This document shows, in pieces, positions 47,809-56,617 of a DNA stretch of 64,000 nt. The translations under genes and the position numbers were made by a program. The DNA is from Gammaproteobacteria bacterium (GTDB lineage: Bacteria; Pseudomonadota; Gammaproteobacteria; DATFLL01), in the NCBI GenBank assembly GCA_035267785.1, contig DATFLL010000075.1, forward strand, positions 41,579 to 105,578, in the 5' to 3' direction. Within the stretch, counting starts at the first letter, position 1, and every line of letters starts with the position of its first letter. The notes beneath the pieces were generated by a model, which was not told the origin of the DNA, did not search any database, and saw only the letters and a list, made by a program, of their open reading frames with translations.

Positions 47809-48648
47809 ATGCCGCCCATCGAACGCCTCAAACGCATCGCCCGGCGCCCCGACTGCGAAATCAACCTGGCCGAGGCAGCACTCATTGTGGCCAGCCAGGC
47901 CTATCCCGAGATCGACATTGAACACTACCTGCGCCGTCTCGACGAACTCGCGGACGGGGTCCGTGGGCATTTACCCGCCTCGCCCAATACGGCGGATCGG
48001 GTGTTTACCCTTAACCGTATCTTGTTCGAGGAGGAGGGATTTTACGGCGTCGAAGACGACTACTACGACCCGCGCAACAGTTTCCTGAACGAGGTGCTGG
48101 ACCGGCGCTGCGGTATCCCGATCACCCTGTCGATTGTCTATCTGGAAATTGGGCGGCGCATCGGCTTGCCCCTCGAGGGCGTTTCCTTTCCCGGTCACTT
48201 CCTGGTCAAGCTGCCCGTGCAGGGCGGCGACATCGTGCTCGATCCGTTCTCCGGGGGTGTGTCGCTGAGCGAAGCGGAACTCGAGCAGCGCCGGGAGTGG
48301 ATAAGCAGCGAAGGGTCGGTGCCGTCGGCCGCGCCGTTGGGGGCGCTGCTGCGCGCGGCACGTAATCGCGACATTCTTGCGCGCATGCTGCGTAACCTGA
48401 AGGGTATCTACTACCAGACCGGCGCGCTGGAGAAGGCGTTGGAGGTGTCCAACTGGATACTGGCGATCACGCCCGATGAGGCAGCCGAGCTGCGCGACCG
48501 CGGCCTGATCCTGGCGCAGCTGGAGTGTGCCGCTGCCGCGTGTGAGGATTTCGAGCACTATCTTCGCTTGGCGCCGCAGGCCGAGGATGCCGACCGGATC
48601 CGCGAACGGCTGATCGACCTTGTCGGCAGTACCGGTCGACTGCACTGA
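47809..48648 (+). CDS. SirB1/YchA-family transglutaminase-like plus TPR protein
   Basis: NLAEAALIVASQAYPEIDIEHYLRRLDELA ... GIPITLSIVYLEIGRRIGLPLEGVSFPGHFLVKL ... C-terminal TPR. RBS GAGGAGG. Confidence 0.75.
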   Translation: MPPIERLKRIARRPDCEINLAEAALIVASQAYPEIDIEHYLRRLDELADGVRGHLPASPNTADRVFTLNRILFEEEGFYGVEDDYYDPRNSFLNEVLDRRCGIPITLSIVYLEIGRRIGLPLEGVSFPGHFLVKLPVQGGDIVLDPFSGGVSLSEAELEQRREWISSEGSVPSAAPLGALLRAARNRDILARMLRNLKGIYYQTGALEKALEVSNWILAITPDEAAELRDRGLILAQLECAAAACEDFEHYLRLAPQAEDADRIRERLIDLVGSTGRLH

Positions 48649-48698
48649 TCGACTGCACTGAGGTTGAGCCCGCGATTGAATCGCCCTGCGTGTTTCGG

Positions 48699-49511
48699 TT
48701 AAGAGGCCGTTGACTTTGGCCGCTCGGTTTTTTTGTGCGGCTTAACACGCTTGAATTGTAGATGGGCATGGCTGAGCGTCACGGCGCCGACGATATCGAT
48801 GCTCTTGGGATCGACGATGGCCACGAGATTGCGATAGCGGCAGGACAGCGGCAGATAGATATAGCGGTCCAGCGGTGCATCGCGTTTGGCCAGAAAGCGC
48901 TGCAACTCCCGCCAGGCGCGGCGATCGGATTTAACGTTTGCCCGTACGTCGATAGGCTCGGCCCGTATCTTTTCCCTGTTCTGGGCGTCGAGCGGACGAT
49001 AGAGTTTGCTCATCAAATACACGGGATGACCGCTCCTGAGCGAGCTCACGAACAAGGCTTCGCGCTTGTCGGGATCGGTTGGCACGTCGACGTAGGCCAT
49101 GGGCAGTACGGAGCCCTGCTCGAATCGTTTAAGGTCCCCAATTGTCAGGCCGGTCTTTTCGAGCTGGTCGGCGGTGACCGTGTAGAATCCGAACTGGGAG
49201 TAGGTGATCAGCACTGGACGCTCACTGTAGGTGATGTGCACGCCCCAGGTCAGGGCCGTCAGTTGCACCAGTGCGATCATGGTCAGATCGAATTTCAGAC
49301 CGGGTTTGCCCTTGCGATAGACGATAAAGGTCAACAAGGGGCCGAGCACGACATCGACGCCGAACACGATGCGAATTCCCTGCCAGCCGCCGTCGGCGGC
49401 GAAAAACGGCTGCGGGTACCAGTGGACGAGGATCAGATACAGCAGGACGGCAAAGATGGTCAAGCTGATGGACAGGTGTATCGAGAATGCCTTTAACCTT
49501 TCTTTGAACAT
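48699..49511 (-). CDS. Membrane protein, tentatively TfpX/TfpZ-like (type IV pilin accessory protein family); lower GC than surroundings
   Basis: MFKERLKAFSIHLSISLTIFAVLLYLILVHWYPQPFFAADGGWQGIRIVFGVDVVLGPLLTFIVY has two N-terminal TM helices followed by a soluble domain. Many A/T-ending codons. Family assignment is from memory and weak. Confidence 0.45.
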   Translation of the reverse strand: MFKERLKAFSIHLSISLTIFAVLLYLILVHWYPQPFFAADGGWQGIRIVFGVDVVLGPLLTFIVYRKGKPGLKFDLTMIALVQLTALTWGVHITYSERPVLITYSQFGFYTVTADQLEKTGLTIGDLKRFEQGSVLPMAYVDVPTDPDKREALFVSSLRSGHPVYLMSKLYRPLDAQNREKIRAEPIDVRANVKSDRRAWRELQRFLAKRDAPLDRYIYLPLSCRYRNLVAIVDPKSIDIVGAVTLSHAHLQFKRVKPHKKTERPKSTAS

Positions 49512-49638
49512 TATGCTTACGACCTCGTGTTCCTGGATGCGGGCTGGTGGCCCCGGTTCGGTGTGCTGTGTCGGTTTTTTACTGCCTTTGCGATTTTGGT
49601 GTCAACCGGCGGGCGTATTGCGCGTGCATTAACAGAGA

Positions 49639-50145
49639 TTGCATATGAAACGTTTGTTCGCTTCGCGCTATGCGCGCTGGCTCCTGGAGGCGCTAGTCGT
49701 GCTCGTCGTCTTGATCGGCGCACACGCGTTCACACAACGCGGCACCGTGCGCGGCACGGCCCCGGCACTGGCCGGGACGCTGCTCGGCGGCGGGCATTTT
49801 GATCTCGCGGACGAACGGGGACGGCCCGTGCTGGTGCATTTTTGGGCGACGTGGTGTCCGGTCTGCCGCCTCGAGCTCTCCTCCATTGCCTCGATTGCCA
49901 AAGACTATCGTGTCATCACCGTGGCGCAGCAGTCGGGTTCGCCCGACGCGATCCGCGCCTACCTGCACAAGCACCAGGTCGATTTTCCGGTGCTCGCCGA
50001 TCCCGACGGCAGCCTGTCGCGGCGCTATGGTGTGCGGGCCGTACCCGCGAGCTTTGTGGTGGGCCCGCGGGGGCGAATACGGTTCGTCGAGGTCGGATAC
50101 ACCACGGAACTCGGGCTGCGGGCCCGTTTGTGGTGGGCCCGGTGA
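49639..50145 (+). CDS. Membrane-anchored thiol-disulfide oxidoreductase (TlpA/ResA/DsbE-like)
   Basis: N-terminal TM anchor. Active site VLVHFWATWCPVCR (WCxxC). Confidence 0.8.
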   Translation: MHMKRLFASRYARWLLEALVVLVVLIGAHAFTQRGTVRGTAPALAGTLLGGGHFDLADERGRPVLVHFWATWCPVCRLELSSIASIAKDYRVITVAQQSGSPDAIRAYLHKHQVDFPVLADPDGSLSRRYGVRAVPASFVVGPRGRIRFVEVGYTTELGLRARLWWAR

Positions 50146-50155
50146 GCAACCTTCG

Positions 50156-51316
50156 TCAGTTCGACGTGTTCAACGCCTTGAGCAGCTTTTGGAGCTCACC
50201 CTTGGCGTGATTGGCCAGAAAGGTCATCAGCGGCGCCATGCGGTGCACCAACGACGCCGCGTACGGTTCGAGCTCGTCCTGGCGTCCTTCCTGGAGCAGG
50301 CTCAGGGCGCCTTCCAGATCGGGTTCGGGATGGGCGCGCTGTTCGGCCGCCGGGGGCGCTGGCTGGGCCGCGGCCGAATCGGAGACGACCCGGTTGCCGC
50401 CGGCATTGACGGCCGCGGCGAGGTTCGCCTCCGCCGCCTGGAGCATGTCGTCGACGGTCGTGTCGTGGCGCAGCGCGGGTTCGGCCAGACCGATGCTGAC
50501 GGTTGTGCGCATCTGGTGTTCGCCATAGACGAATTCTTTGGCCGCGATTTCGTGGCGCACGCGTTCGGCGAGACGCTGCGCGCCTTCCAGCATGGTCGAT
50601 TGCAGCAGGCACGCGAAGCTGGCCAGGCCGACGCGTGCGGCCTTGTCCTCTTGACGAATCGAACCCGAGAAAATCTTGCCGATATGCTCGAGGATGGAAT
50701 TGGCTGCTTCTTTACCGTTCTTGAGGAACAGGGTGTTGAAGTTGTCCACGTCCAGGCGCACGAGGATAAGGCGATGACCGTGGCGTTTGGCGTAGGCGAG
50801 CGTCTCGTTGGCCGACTTCGTGAAGTAGACCTTCGTCCCCAGCCCGGTGACCGAGTCGATGGCCGCTTCCATCTCCAGCGTGGCCGCGGTCTTGGAGAGC
50901 TTGCGCGATGTCTGTTCGAACTTGACGTGCGCCTTGGCGCGCGCCAGTAGCTGAACGGAGTCGAACGGTTTGGTGATGAAGTCGGTCGCGCCCTTGGCCA
51001 GTGCCTCGGTTTTCGCCGCCTCGTCATCTTCCTTGCCGGTGATGATGATGACAGGGATGTCCTGCAGGCGCTCGTCTTCCGCGGAGCGCACCTTGGCGAG
51101 CAGGCCATAGCCGTCCAGATACGGCATGGACAGATCCGAGAAGACGACCTGGATGGTCTCGTCGTTGGTCAACAGTGTCCACGCATCTTCGCCGTGCTCG
51201 GCTTCGATGACGTCGTAATCGTTGCCCAGAATCTTGGTGACGGCGCGTCGCATGACGCGCGAGTCGTCGACCACGAGAATGCGGGGTTTGGTGTCGTTGT
51301 CGTTAGTTGAGCTCAC
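50156..51316 (-). CDS. Response regulator: REC receiver plus degenerate (probably non-catalytic) GGDEF domain
   Basis: REC: RILVVDDSRVMRR...VFSDLSMPYLDGYGLLAKVR...VIIITGKEDDEA. GGDEF-like domain in which the signature position reads RVGLASFA instead of GG[DE]EF. GTG start VSSTNDNDTKPRILVVDD. Confidence 0.7.
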   Translation of the reverse strand: MSSTNDNDTKPRILVVDDSRVMRRAVTKILGNDYDVIEAEHGEDAWTLLTNDETIQVVFSDLSMPYLDGYGLLAKVRSAEDERLQDIPVIIITGKEDDEAAKTEALAKGATDFITKPFDSVQLLARAKAHVKFEQTSRKLSKTAATLEMEAAIDSVTGLGTKVYFTKSANETLAYAKRHGHRLILVRLDVDNFNTLFLKNGKEAANSILEHIGKIFSGSIRQEDKAARVGLASFACLLQSTMLEGAQRLAERVRHEIAAKEFVYGEHQMRTTVSIGLAEPALRHDTTVDDMLQAAEANLAAAVNAGGNRVVSDSAAAQPAPPAAEQRAHPEPDLEGALSLLQEGRQDELEPYAASLVHRMAPLMTFLANHAKGELQKLLKALNTSN

Positions 51317-51610
51317 GCGGGCCCTTGTTATGGAAGCGCCATGTCGGTCGGTCCGCGACCGGACTCCACATTTTCGCCTAGCATAGCCGGTCTGCAAGTC
51401 GCCCGCCAGGGGACCGCGCCGGAGCGCTGACCGGTACGTTGCACGTACGGTTTGGTATCTGTTGTCGGACCGAATCGGCGAGGCTTGAGGGCTGGGGCCG
51501 TCGCGGGCGGGTACAAAGCGCGGCGCGGTTGCATTCCCAAAATGCTTGGCGTAGCGTACTTGGCGTTTGCGAATTCTTTGCGCGAGGCTCACAACGTCGG
51601 AGGGGGCGGT

Positions 51611-52165
51611 ATGTGGCGGAGCATAGTGGCGGGCACTCTGGTGCTGGTCATGGTTACCGGCTGCGGGCATTTCGGCCTGCATTCGGGGCCGGGATACGAC
51701 GCCAGGCATGACGGTGGGCCTGCGGCCGGTGCGCCCAACGTCCCGCAGCCCGTGCGGGCCGAACGGATGAAGGTCTACACCGTCGATGGTACCTTCGATG
51801 ACGTACGCGCCTTCGTGGAGCTGGCAATTACCGGGCGCGGCATGGTGATAAACAACGTCTCGCACATCGGCAACATGCTCCAGCGCACCGGCAAGGACAT
51901 CGGCGCGGACAAGCGGGTCTATGCCAAGGCCGAGGCCCTGGAGTTTTGCAGCGCCACGGTCTCGCGCCGGATGATGGAGGCCGACCCCCGCAACATCGTC
52001 TTCTGCCCGTATATCATCGCTATCTATACGCTGCCCCACGTACCCGGCAAGGTCTTCGTCGCCTACCGCCGTCCCCCGCCGCTCGGCACGCCGGCTTCGC
52101 GCAAGGCCTTGGCCGACGTCGAACATTTGCTCGATGGCATCGTCAAGGAGGCCATCGGGCAATGA
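51611..52165 (+). CDS. DUF302-domain lipoprotein
   Basis: Lipobox LVLVMVTGC. DUF302-like core MKVYTVDGTFDDVRAFVELAITGRGMVINNVSHIG ... NIVFCPYIIAIYTLP. RBS GGAGGGGG. Confidence 0.75.
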   Translation: MWRSIVAGTLVLVMVTGCGHFGLHSGPGYDARHDGGPAAGAPNVPQPVRAERMKVYTVDGTFDDVRAFVELAITGRGMVINNVSHIGNMLQRTGKDIGADKRVYAKAEALEFCSATVSRRMMEADPRNIVFCPYIIAIYTLPHVPGKVFVAYRRPPPLGTPASRKALADVEHLLDGIVKEAIGQ

Positions 52166-52728
52166 ACCGCGACGGCGGTTCGCCCGGGCGGGCCGTGCGC
52201 CTGGTATCCAGGCGCGGCCGGCGGTTTGGCTGGCTGGCGGTCTGTGCGGCCGCGGCCTTGGTGTGGACCGCCGCCTGCGCAGATGAGCTCGATGCGCGGG
52301 TTCGTGCGGCCGCTCATCCGCGCACGCCTGCGGCCTCGCTGGCCAAACTGGCCGGCGATACGGCCTGGCCGGTGCGCCGCGCCGTGGCCGCCAATCGCCG
52401 TACGCCGCCCAAGGTCCTGGCGCGTCTGGCCCGCGATCCCGACCGGCGGGTTCGTATCGCGGTGGCGACCAACCTGAGCACGACCGAGCCGACCTTCCTG
52501 ATGCTTGCCGGCGACGCCGACACCGCCGTGCGCAGTGTCGTCGCCCGCTTCGAATACGTGCCGGTCAGCGCCTTGGATCGTCTGGCCGGCGACCCCGACG
52601 GTGACATTCGCCTCGAGGTGGCCCGCAATCCCAATACCTCCACGCCCACCCTGCGCCGGCTGCGCCGCGACGAGCTTGCGTCGGTGCGCCAACTCGCCGA
52701 AGCGGCACTCGCCCAGCGCAGGCCCTGA
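52162..52728 (+). CDS. Secreted leucine-rich-repeat-variant (LRV) repeat protein
   Basis: Signal peptide RRFGWLAVCAAAALVWTAACA, then about 24-aa repeats: TAWPVRRAVAANRRTPPKVLARLARDPD / RRVRIAVATNLSTTEPTFLMLAGDAD / TAVRSVVARFEYVPVSALDRLAGDPD / GDIRLEVARNPNTSTPTLRRLRRDE. Its ATG overlaps the DUF302 stop (ATGA). Confidence 0.6.
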   Translation: MNRDGGSPGRAVRLVSRRGRRFGWLAVCAAAALVWTAACADELDARVRAAAHPRTPAASLAKLAGDTAWPVRRAVAANRRTPPKVLARLARDPDRRVRIAVATNLSTTEPTFLMLAGDADTAVRSVVARFEYVPVSALDRLAGDPDGDIRLEVARNPNTSTPTLRRLRRDELASVRQLAEAALAQRRP

Positions 52729-52836
52729 CAGCGGCACGTCCCCACTCGGGCCAAGGGACTAAAGTGAGGGGCTGTCGCGGCCGCTACATTGGGTTAAGGC
52801 CGCGCAAGACGGCGGCAAGCGCAGGGTAAGAATAAC

Positions 52837-53694
52837 GTGAATCCAACTGAGCTTGTTCGGGGAGACGTACGACTGGTCTCTCTGCCGGAAGTCTGTCTTC
52901 GTATTGGGGAGATGGTCGACGACCCCAATGTCAGCGCCGGGGAGATCGGTCACGTCATCAGCCAGGACGCCGGTCTCACGGCGCGCCTGCTCAGGGTCGT
53001 TAACGACGCCGGCGAGGCCGGGTCACCGGGGGTGGAGACCGTCTCGCGCGCGGTGGACATCATCGGCTTGAGCGGGCTGCGAGCCCTCGTGCTGGATGCC
53101 TTTGTCACCGACGCCGTCGATCACATTCCCGGCGAGCTGTTGAGCGTTTCGGACTTTTGGCGCCACAGCGTGTACTGCGGCGTGCTCGCGCAGCTGCTGG
53201 CCGAGCATTGTCGGGTATTGCACAGCGAGCGCCTGTTCGTCGCGGGTCTGCTCCACGATATCGGCAGCTTGATTCTGTGCGACCGCCTCCCCGAGCGCAT
53301 GGTCGATGTGTACGATCACCGCGACAAACAGGGCGTATCGAGCCGCGTGGCGGAGCGCGAGGTCCTGGGATTCGATCATGCCGATGTTGGCGGTGCGCTG
53401 CTCGAGGAGTGGAAGGTGCCGGCGGCGCTGCGTGATGCGGTGAGCTTTCATCATTCTCCGTCCGGCGCCGGTGCGGACGGCCTCGACGCCTGCCTGGTCC
53501 ACATCGCCGACGCGCTTGCCGGCGAAGCCGAGCTCGGTCTGAACGACGAGGCGCGAATTCAGGAAATCGACTCCACGGCGTGGGCCACCTCGGGCCTGGA
53601 CCCCTCTGTCGCGCAGGTCGTGCTGCGCGATGCCGGCCCGCGCTTCTCCGAGGCCCTGGAGTTGGTGCTGCCGCGGGCGATACACCCGAACTGA
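52837..53694 (+). CDS. HDOD (HD-related output domain) signalling protein
   Basis: LPEVCLRIGEMVDDPNVSAGEIGHVISQDAGLTARLLRVVN ... FWRHSVYCGVLAQLLA ... AGLLHDIGSLIL ... FDHADVGGALLEEWKVP. GTG start. Confidence 0.75.
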   Translation: MNPTELVRGDVRLVSLPEVCLRIGEMVDDPNVSAGEIGHVISQDAGLTARLLRVVNDAGEAGSPGVETVSRAVDIIGLSGLRALVLDAFVTDAVDHIPGELLSVSDFWRHSVYCGVLAQLLAEHCRVLHSERLFVAGLLHDIGSLILCDRLPERMVDVYDHRDKQGVSSRVAEREVLGFDHADVGGALLEEWKVPAALRDAVSFHHSPSGAGADGLDACLVHIADALAGEAELGLNDEARIQEIDSTAWATSGLDPSVAQVVLRDAGPRFSEALELVLPRAIHPN

Positions 53695-53736
53695 GACGGC
53701 GCCGGGGGCGCCTCGGTCAGGCCGGTCCGGTCGGCC

Positions 53737-54990
53737 TCAGGTCAGCGCGAACCACGCGCCAGCCACCAGCGCCGCCGCAGCCAGTGCCCCGCCCACCCGC
53801 GCCAGCATGGCGCCGCGCGCGATGATTCCCACCAGTACGCCCTTGACCAGGGTATTGACCGTCGCCGCCAGCACGATGCAGTCCACGGCCACGTCGGGCG
53901 ACACCTGATCCTTGGCCAGGCGCGCCATCGACAAGGTGATGGCGTCGACATCGGCGATGCCCGAGGCCGCGGCCAGCGCATACAGGCCCTTGGTTCCCAG
54001 CCACTCGCGTACGCCCGCGGCGAGCAGCATGATCAGGGCAAGGAACAAGCCGAACTGCACGGCGGTCGCCAGCTCGAAGGGGTTGCTCAACGCGACCTCG
54101 GCGCCCAACTCGCCGCGGCGCCGACGCCACAGCCACAACCCGGCGGCGGCGGTGACCCCCGTCATGGCCAGCATGGGCACGGCCAGGGGCCAGACGAGTC
54201 GATGGTTGACCACAGCCACTTCGACCAGGATGCGCGGGAACATCGTGGCCGAGGCGATCAGTATTCCGGCGGCGAGCAGCGGGCGCAGCGCGCTGCGGCC
54301 CCGGGCCAGACGCGAGAACGACAGCGTCACCGCGGTGGATGAGGCCAGTCCGCCGGCCAGCCCGGTAAACAGTGTACCCGCGGCCGGGCCCGCGGCCTTG
54401 ACGGCGAAGTAGCCCACCGAGGACACCCCCGCGATGAGCACCACCATCCACCACAGCGCGAAAGGGTTGAGCGCCTGCCACGGCCCGTAACCCTGGTCAG
54501 GCAGCACGGGCAGCAGTACGACGGAGATGAGCAACAGCTTGAGTACTGCGAACAGCTCTTCGCGCTCGAGGTGCTCCAGCCAGCGGTGCAGTGTGGGTTT
54601 CAGCCCCAACAGCACGGTGGTCACCACGGCCCCGGCTGCCGCCACCGTCTCGAAGCCGAGCAGGGCGAGGGCGCCGAGACTGAAGGCCACCAGGGCCGCG
54701 ACGACGGTCGTCGCGCCATAATCGCGCGTGGCGCGCAGGCTGCCGAGATAGGCACTGGTGACCAGGATCGTCAGCGCGATGAACCCCAGCCCCATGACCA
54801 GCTGGCCGGCCTGTTGGCCGATGAGCCCCCACAATCCCCCGAGCAGTCCGATCAGGCCGAAGGTCCGGATCCCCGCGACCTTGCCGCCTTCGGGCGTGCG
54901 CCGGGTCTGCCAACCCCGCTCCATACCGATGAGCAGTCCGCTGGCGAGCGCGATGCCAAGCCCCTCAAAGACGTCTACGATCGGGGTCAC
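53737..54990 (-). CDS. MgtC/SapB-family plus DUF4010 polytopic membrane protein
   Basis: GLGIALASGLLIGMERGWQTRRTPEGGKVAGIRTFGLIGLLGG is an MgtC N-domain. About 10 further TM helices. Confidence 0.75.
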   Translation of the reverse strand: MTPIVDVFEGLGIALASGLLIGMERGWQTRRTPEGGKVAGIRTFGLIGLLGGLWGLIGQQAGQLVMGLGFIALTILVTSAYLGSLRATRDYGATTVVAALVAFSLGALALLGFETVAAAGAVVTTVLLGLKPTLHRWLEHLEREELFAVLKLLLISVVLLPVLPDQGYGPWQALNPFALWWMVVLIAGVSSVGYFAVKAAGPAAGTLFTGLAGGLASSTAVTLSFSRLARGRSALRPLLAAGILIASATMFPRILVEVAVVNHRLVWPLAVPMLAMTGVTAAAGLWLWRRRRGELGAEVALSNPFELATAVQFGLFLALIMLLAAGVREWLGTKGLYALAAASGIADVDAITLSMARLAKDQVSPDVAVDCIVLAATVNTLVKGVLVGIIARGAMLARVGGALAAAALVAGAWFALT

Positions 54991-55149
54991 GGTGCCGCGG
55001 CCTTCGCAATTGGCCCGATGGGCCGTGACCGGTGTAGCATTTCCAAGTTCGCGCCTTCTGTGCGTGCCTGCCTTGCAGTGTACCCGCGGCCAGGCGCAGA
55101 TTCATCCGAGAGCGACTCATCCGATCGGGCGTTCCGTGGAGGAGAGGGT

Positions 55150-55965
55150 ATGCAGTCAATGGAGCAACTCCTGGAGATCATGCGCCGACTGCGCGACCCG
55201 CAGACCGGTTGTCCCTGGGATCGCGAACAGACCTTCGAGACCATTGTCCCGCATACGCTTGAAGAGGCCTATGAGGTGGCCGACGCTATCGAGCGCGGCG
55301 ACCTGGACGAGCTCGGTGAGGAGCTCGGCGATCTGCTGTTCCAGGTGGTGTTCTATGCGCAGCTGGCCGCCGAACGCGGTGCGTTCGATTTCGCCGACGT
55401 GGCCGCCGGCATCGGCGAGAAACTCATACGCCGCCACCCGCATGTGTTTGGCGAGGAGGCCATCGACTCATCCGCGGCCCAGACCGAGGCCTGGGAGCGC
55501 CACAAAGAGGGCGAGCGCCGCGTGAAGGCCGAGCGACAGGGGTGTGAGCCGAGTGTGCTAGACGGCGTGATCCTGGCGCTGCCCGCGCTGACGCGCGCGG
55601 CCAAGCTGCAGCGCCGCGCCGCGCGGGTCGGTTTCGACTGGTCCGAGGTCGGCGGCGTGCTGGACAAGCTCGACGAGGAGCTCGCCGAGCTGCGGGCGGA
55701 GGTGGCCGACCCCGGCGCGTCGGACGAGCGCCGCGCCGAGGAGCTGGGCGACGTCCTGTTCACGTGCGTCAATTTGGCGCGCCATCTCGGGATCGACCCC
55801 GAGGGTGCGCTGCGCGAGGCGAACGCCAAATTCGAACGCCGCTTCCGTCTGATGGAGCAGGCGCTGCGCCCGCGCGGCGGGGTCGAACGGGTCGACGGCG
55901 AGGCGCGCGAGGCGGCCTGGGCGGCCAGCAAGCTTGCGCCGCGCGACGAGGGAGACGGACTATGA
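55150..55965 (+). CDS. mazG: Nucleoside triphosphate pyrophosphohydrolase MazG
   Basis: LLEIMRRLRDPQTGCPWDREQTFETIVPHTLEEAYEVADAIERGD...ELGDLLFQVVFYAQLA and a second EELGDVLF module. RBS GGAGAGGG. Confidence 0.9.
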   Translation: MQSMEQLLEIMRRLRDPQTGCPWDREQTFETIVPHTLEEAYEVADAIERGDLDELGEELGDLLFQVVFYAQLAAERGAFDFADVAAGIGEKLIRRHPHVFGEEAIDSSAAQTEAWERHKEGERRVKAERQGCEPSVLDGVILALPALTRAAKLQRRAARVGFDWSEVGGVLDKLDEELAELRAEVADPGASDERRAEELGDVLFTCVNLARHLGIDPEGALREANAKFERRFRLMEQALRPRGGVERVDGEAREAAWAASKLAPRDEGDGL

Positions 55966-56444
55966 AACTCTATCTGGTACAGCACGCCCGGGCCCTGACC
56001 AAGGAGCAGAATCCCGAGCGCCCCCTCAGCCCGGGCGGGCGCGAGGACGCGCGGCGCATTGCCGGGGTGCTCCAGCAGGCCGGCGTTCGGCTGTGGCGTA
56101 TCCGACACAGCGGCAAGGCGCGCGCGCAGGAGACCGCCGACATTATCGGCGCCGCGCTGCAAATCGATGAGGACATCGAGGCGATGGCCGGCCTCGCTCC
56201 CAACGATGCGGTGACCGGAGTGGTGCCGGACCTGGCCGGCTGGGACGCCGACGTGATGTTGGTCGGGCACATGCCCTTCGTTGCGCGTCTGGCCGCCTAT
56301 CTCCTGGGCGAGGGCAGCCAGGAGCGGCCGGTATTAGCATTCGAACCGGGCGCGGTGGCGTGCCTGGAACGCACGCCCCCGGATGGCTGGCAGCTGGTCT
56401 GGATGCTCTCGCCCGCCCTGGTTCGGGGCGGGGCCGCTGATTGA
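55962..56444 (+). CDS. sixA: Phosphohistidine phosphatase SixA (histidine phosphatase superfamily)
   Basis: MKLYLVQHARALTKEQNPERPLSPGGREDARRIA ... RIRHSGKARAQETADII ... VMLVGHMPFVARLAAYL. Its ATG overlaps the mazG stop (ATGA). Confidence 0.8.
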   Translation: MKLYLVQHARALTKEQNPERPLSPGGREDARRIAGVLQQAGVRLWRIRHSGKARAQETADIIGAALQIDEDIEAMAGLAPNDAVTGVVPDLAGWDADVMLVGHMPFVARLAAYLLGEGSQERPVLAFEPGAVACLERTPPDGWQLVWMLSPALVRGGAAD

Positions 56445-56453
56445 CTCCTGCCG

Positions 56454-56501
56454 CGCACCATACAGGTGCGCCTTAACGACCATGCGCACCATTAGGATGC
56501 G
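56454..56501. promoter_or_regulatory. Two NtrC-like enhancer palindromes upstream of amt
   Basis: cGCACCAtacAGGTGCg (56454-56470) and tGCGCACCAttaGGATGCg (about 56483-56501) versus the NtrC consensus TGCACCA-N3-TGGTGCA. About 100 bp upstream of the sigma54 element. Confidence 0.45.
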
Positions 56502-56566
56502 TATACAGTCCACATGCATCGTCTTGATTTCATGTAAGCGACTGATTCCTAAATGAACGTCCATTT

Positions 56567-56582
56567 TGGTGCGCTTCTTGCT
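56567..56582 (+). promoter_or_regulatory. Probable sigma54 -24/-12 promoter for amt
   Basis: TGGTGCgcttcTTGCT has GG and GC at the correct 10-nt spacing. About 36 nt upstream of the amt ATG at 56618. Confidence 0.5.
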
Positions 56583-56617
56583 TCCTTTTGCGCCAAATTC
56601 GTTCATAGGGAGCAGTT

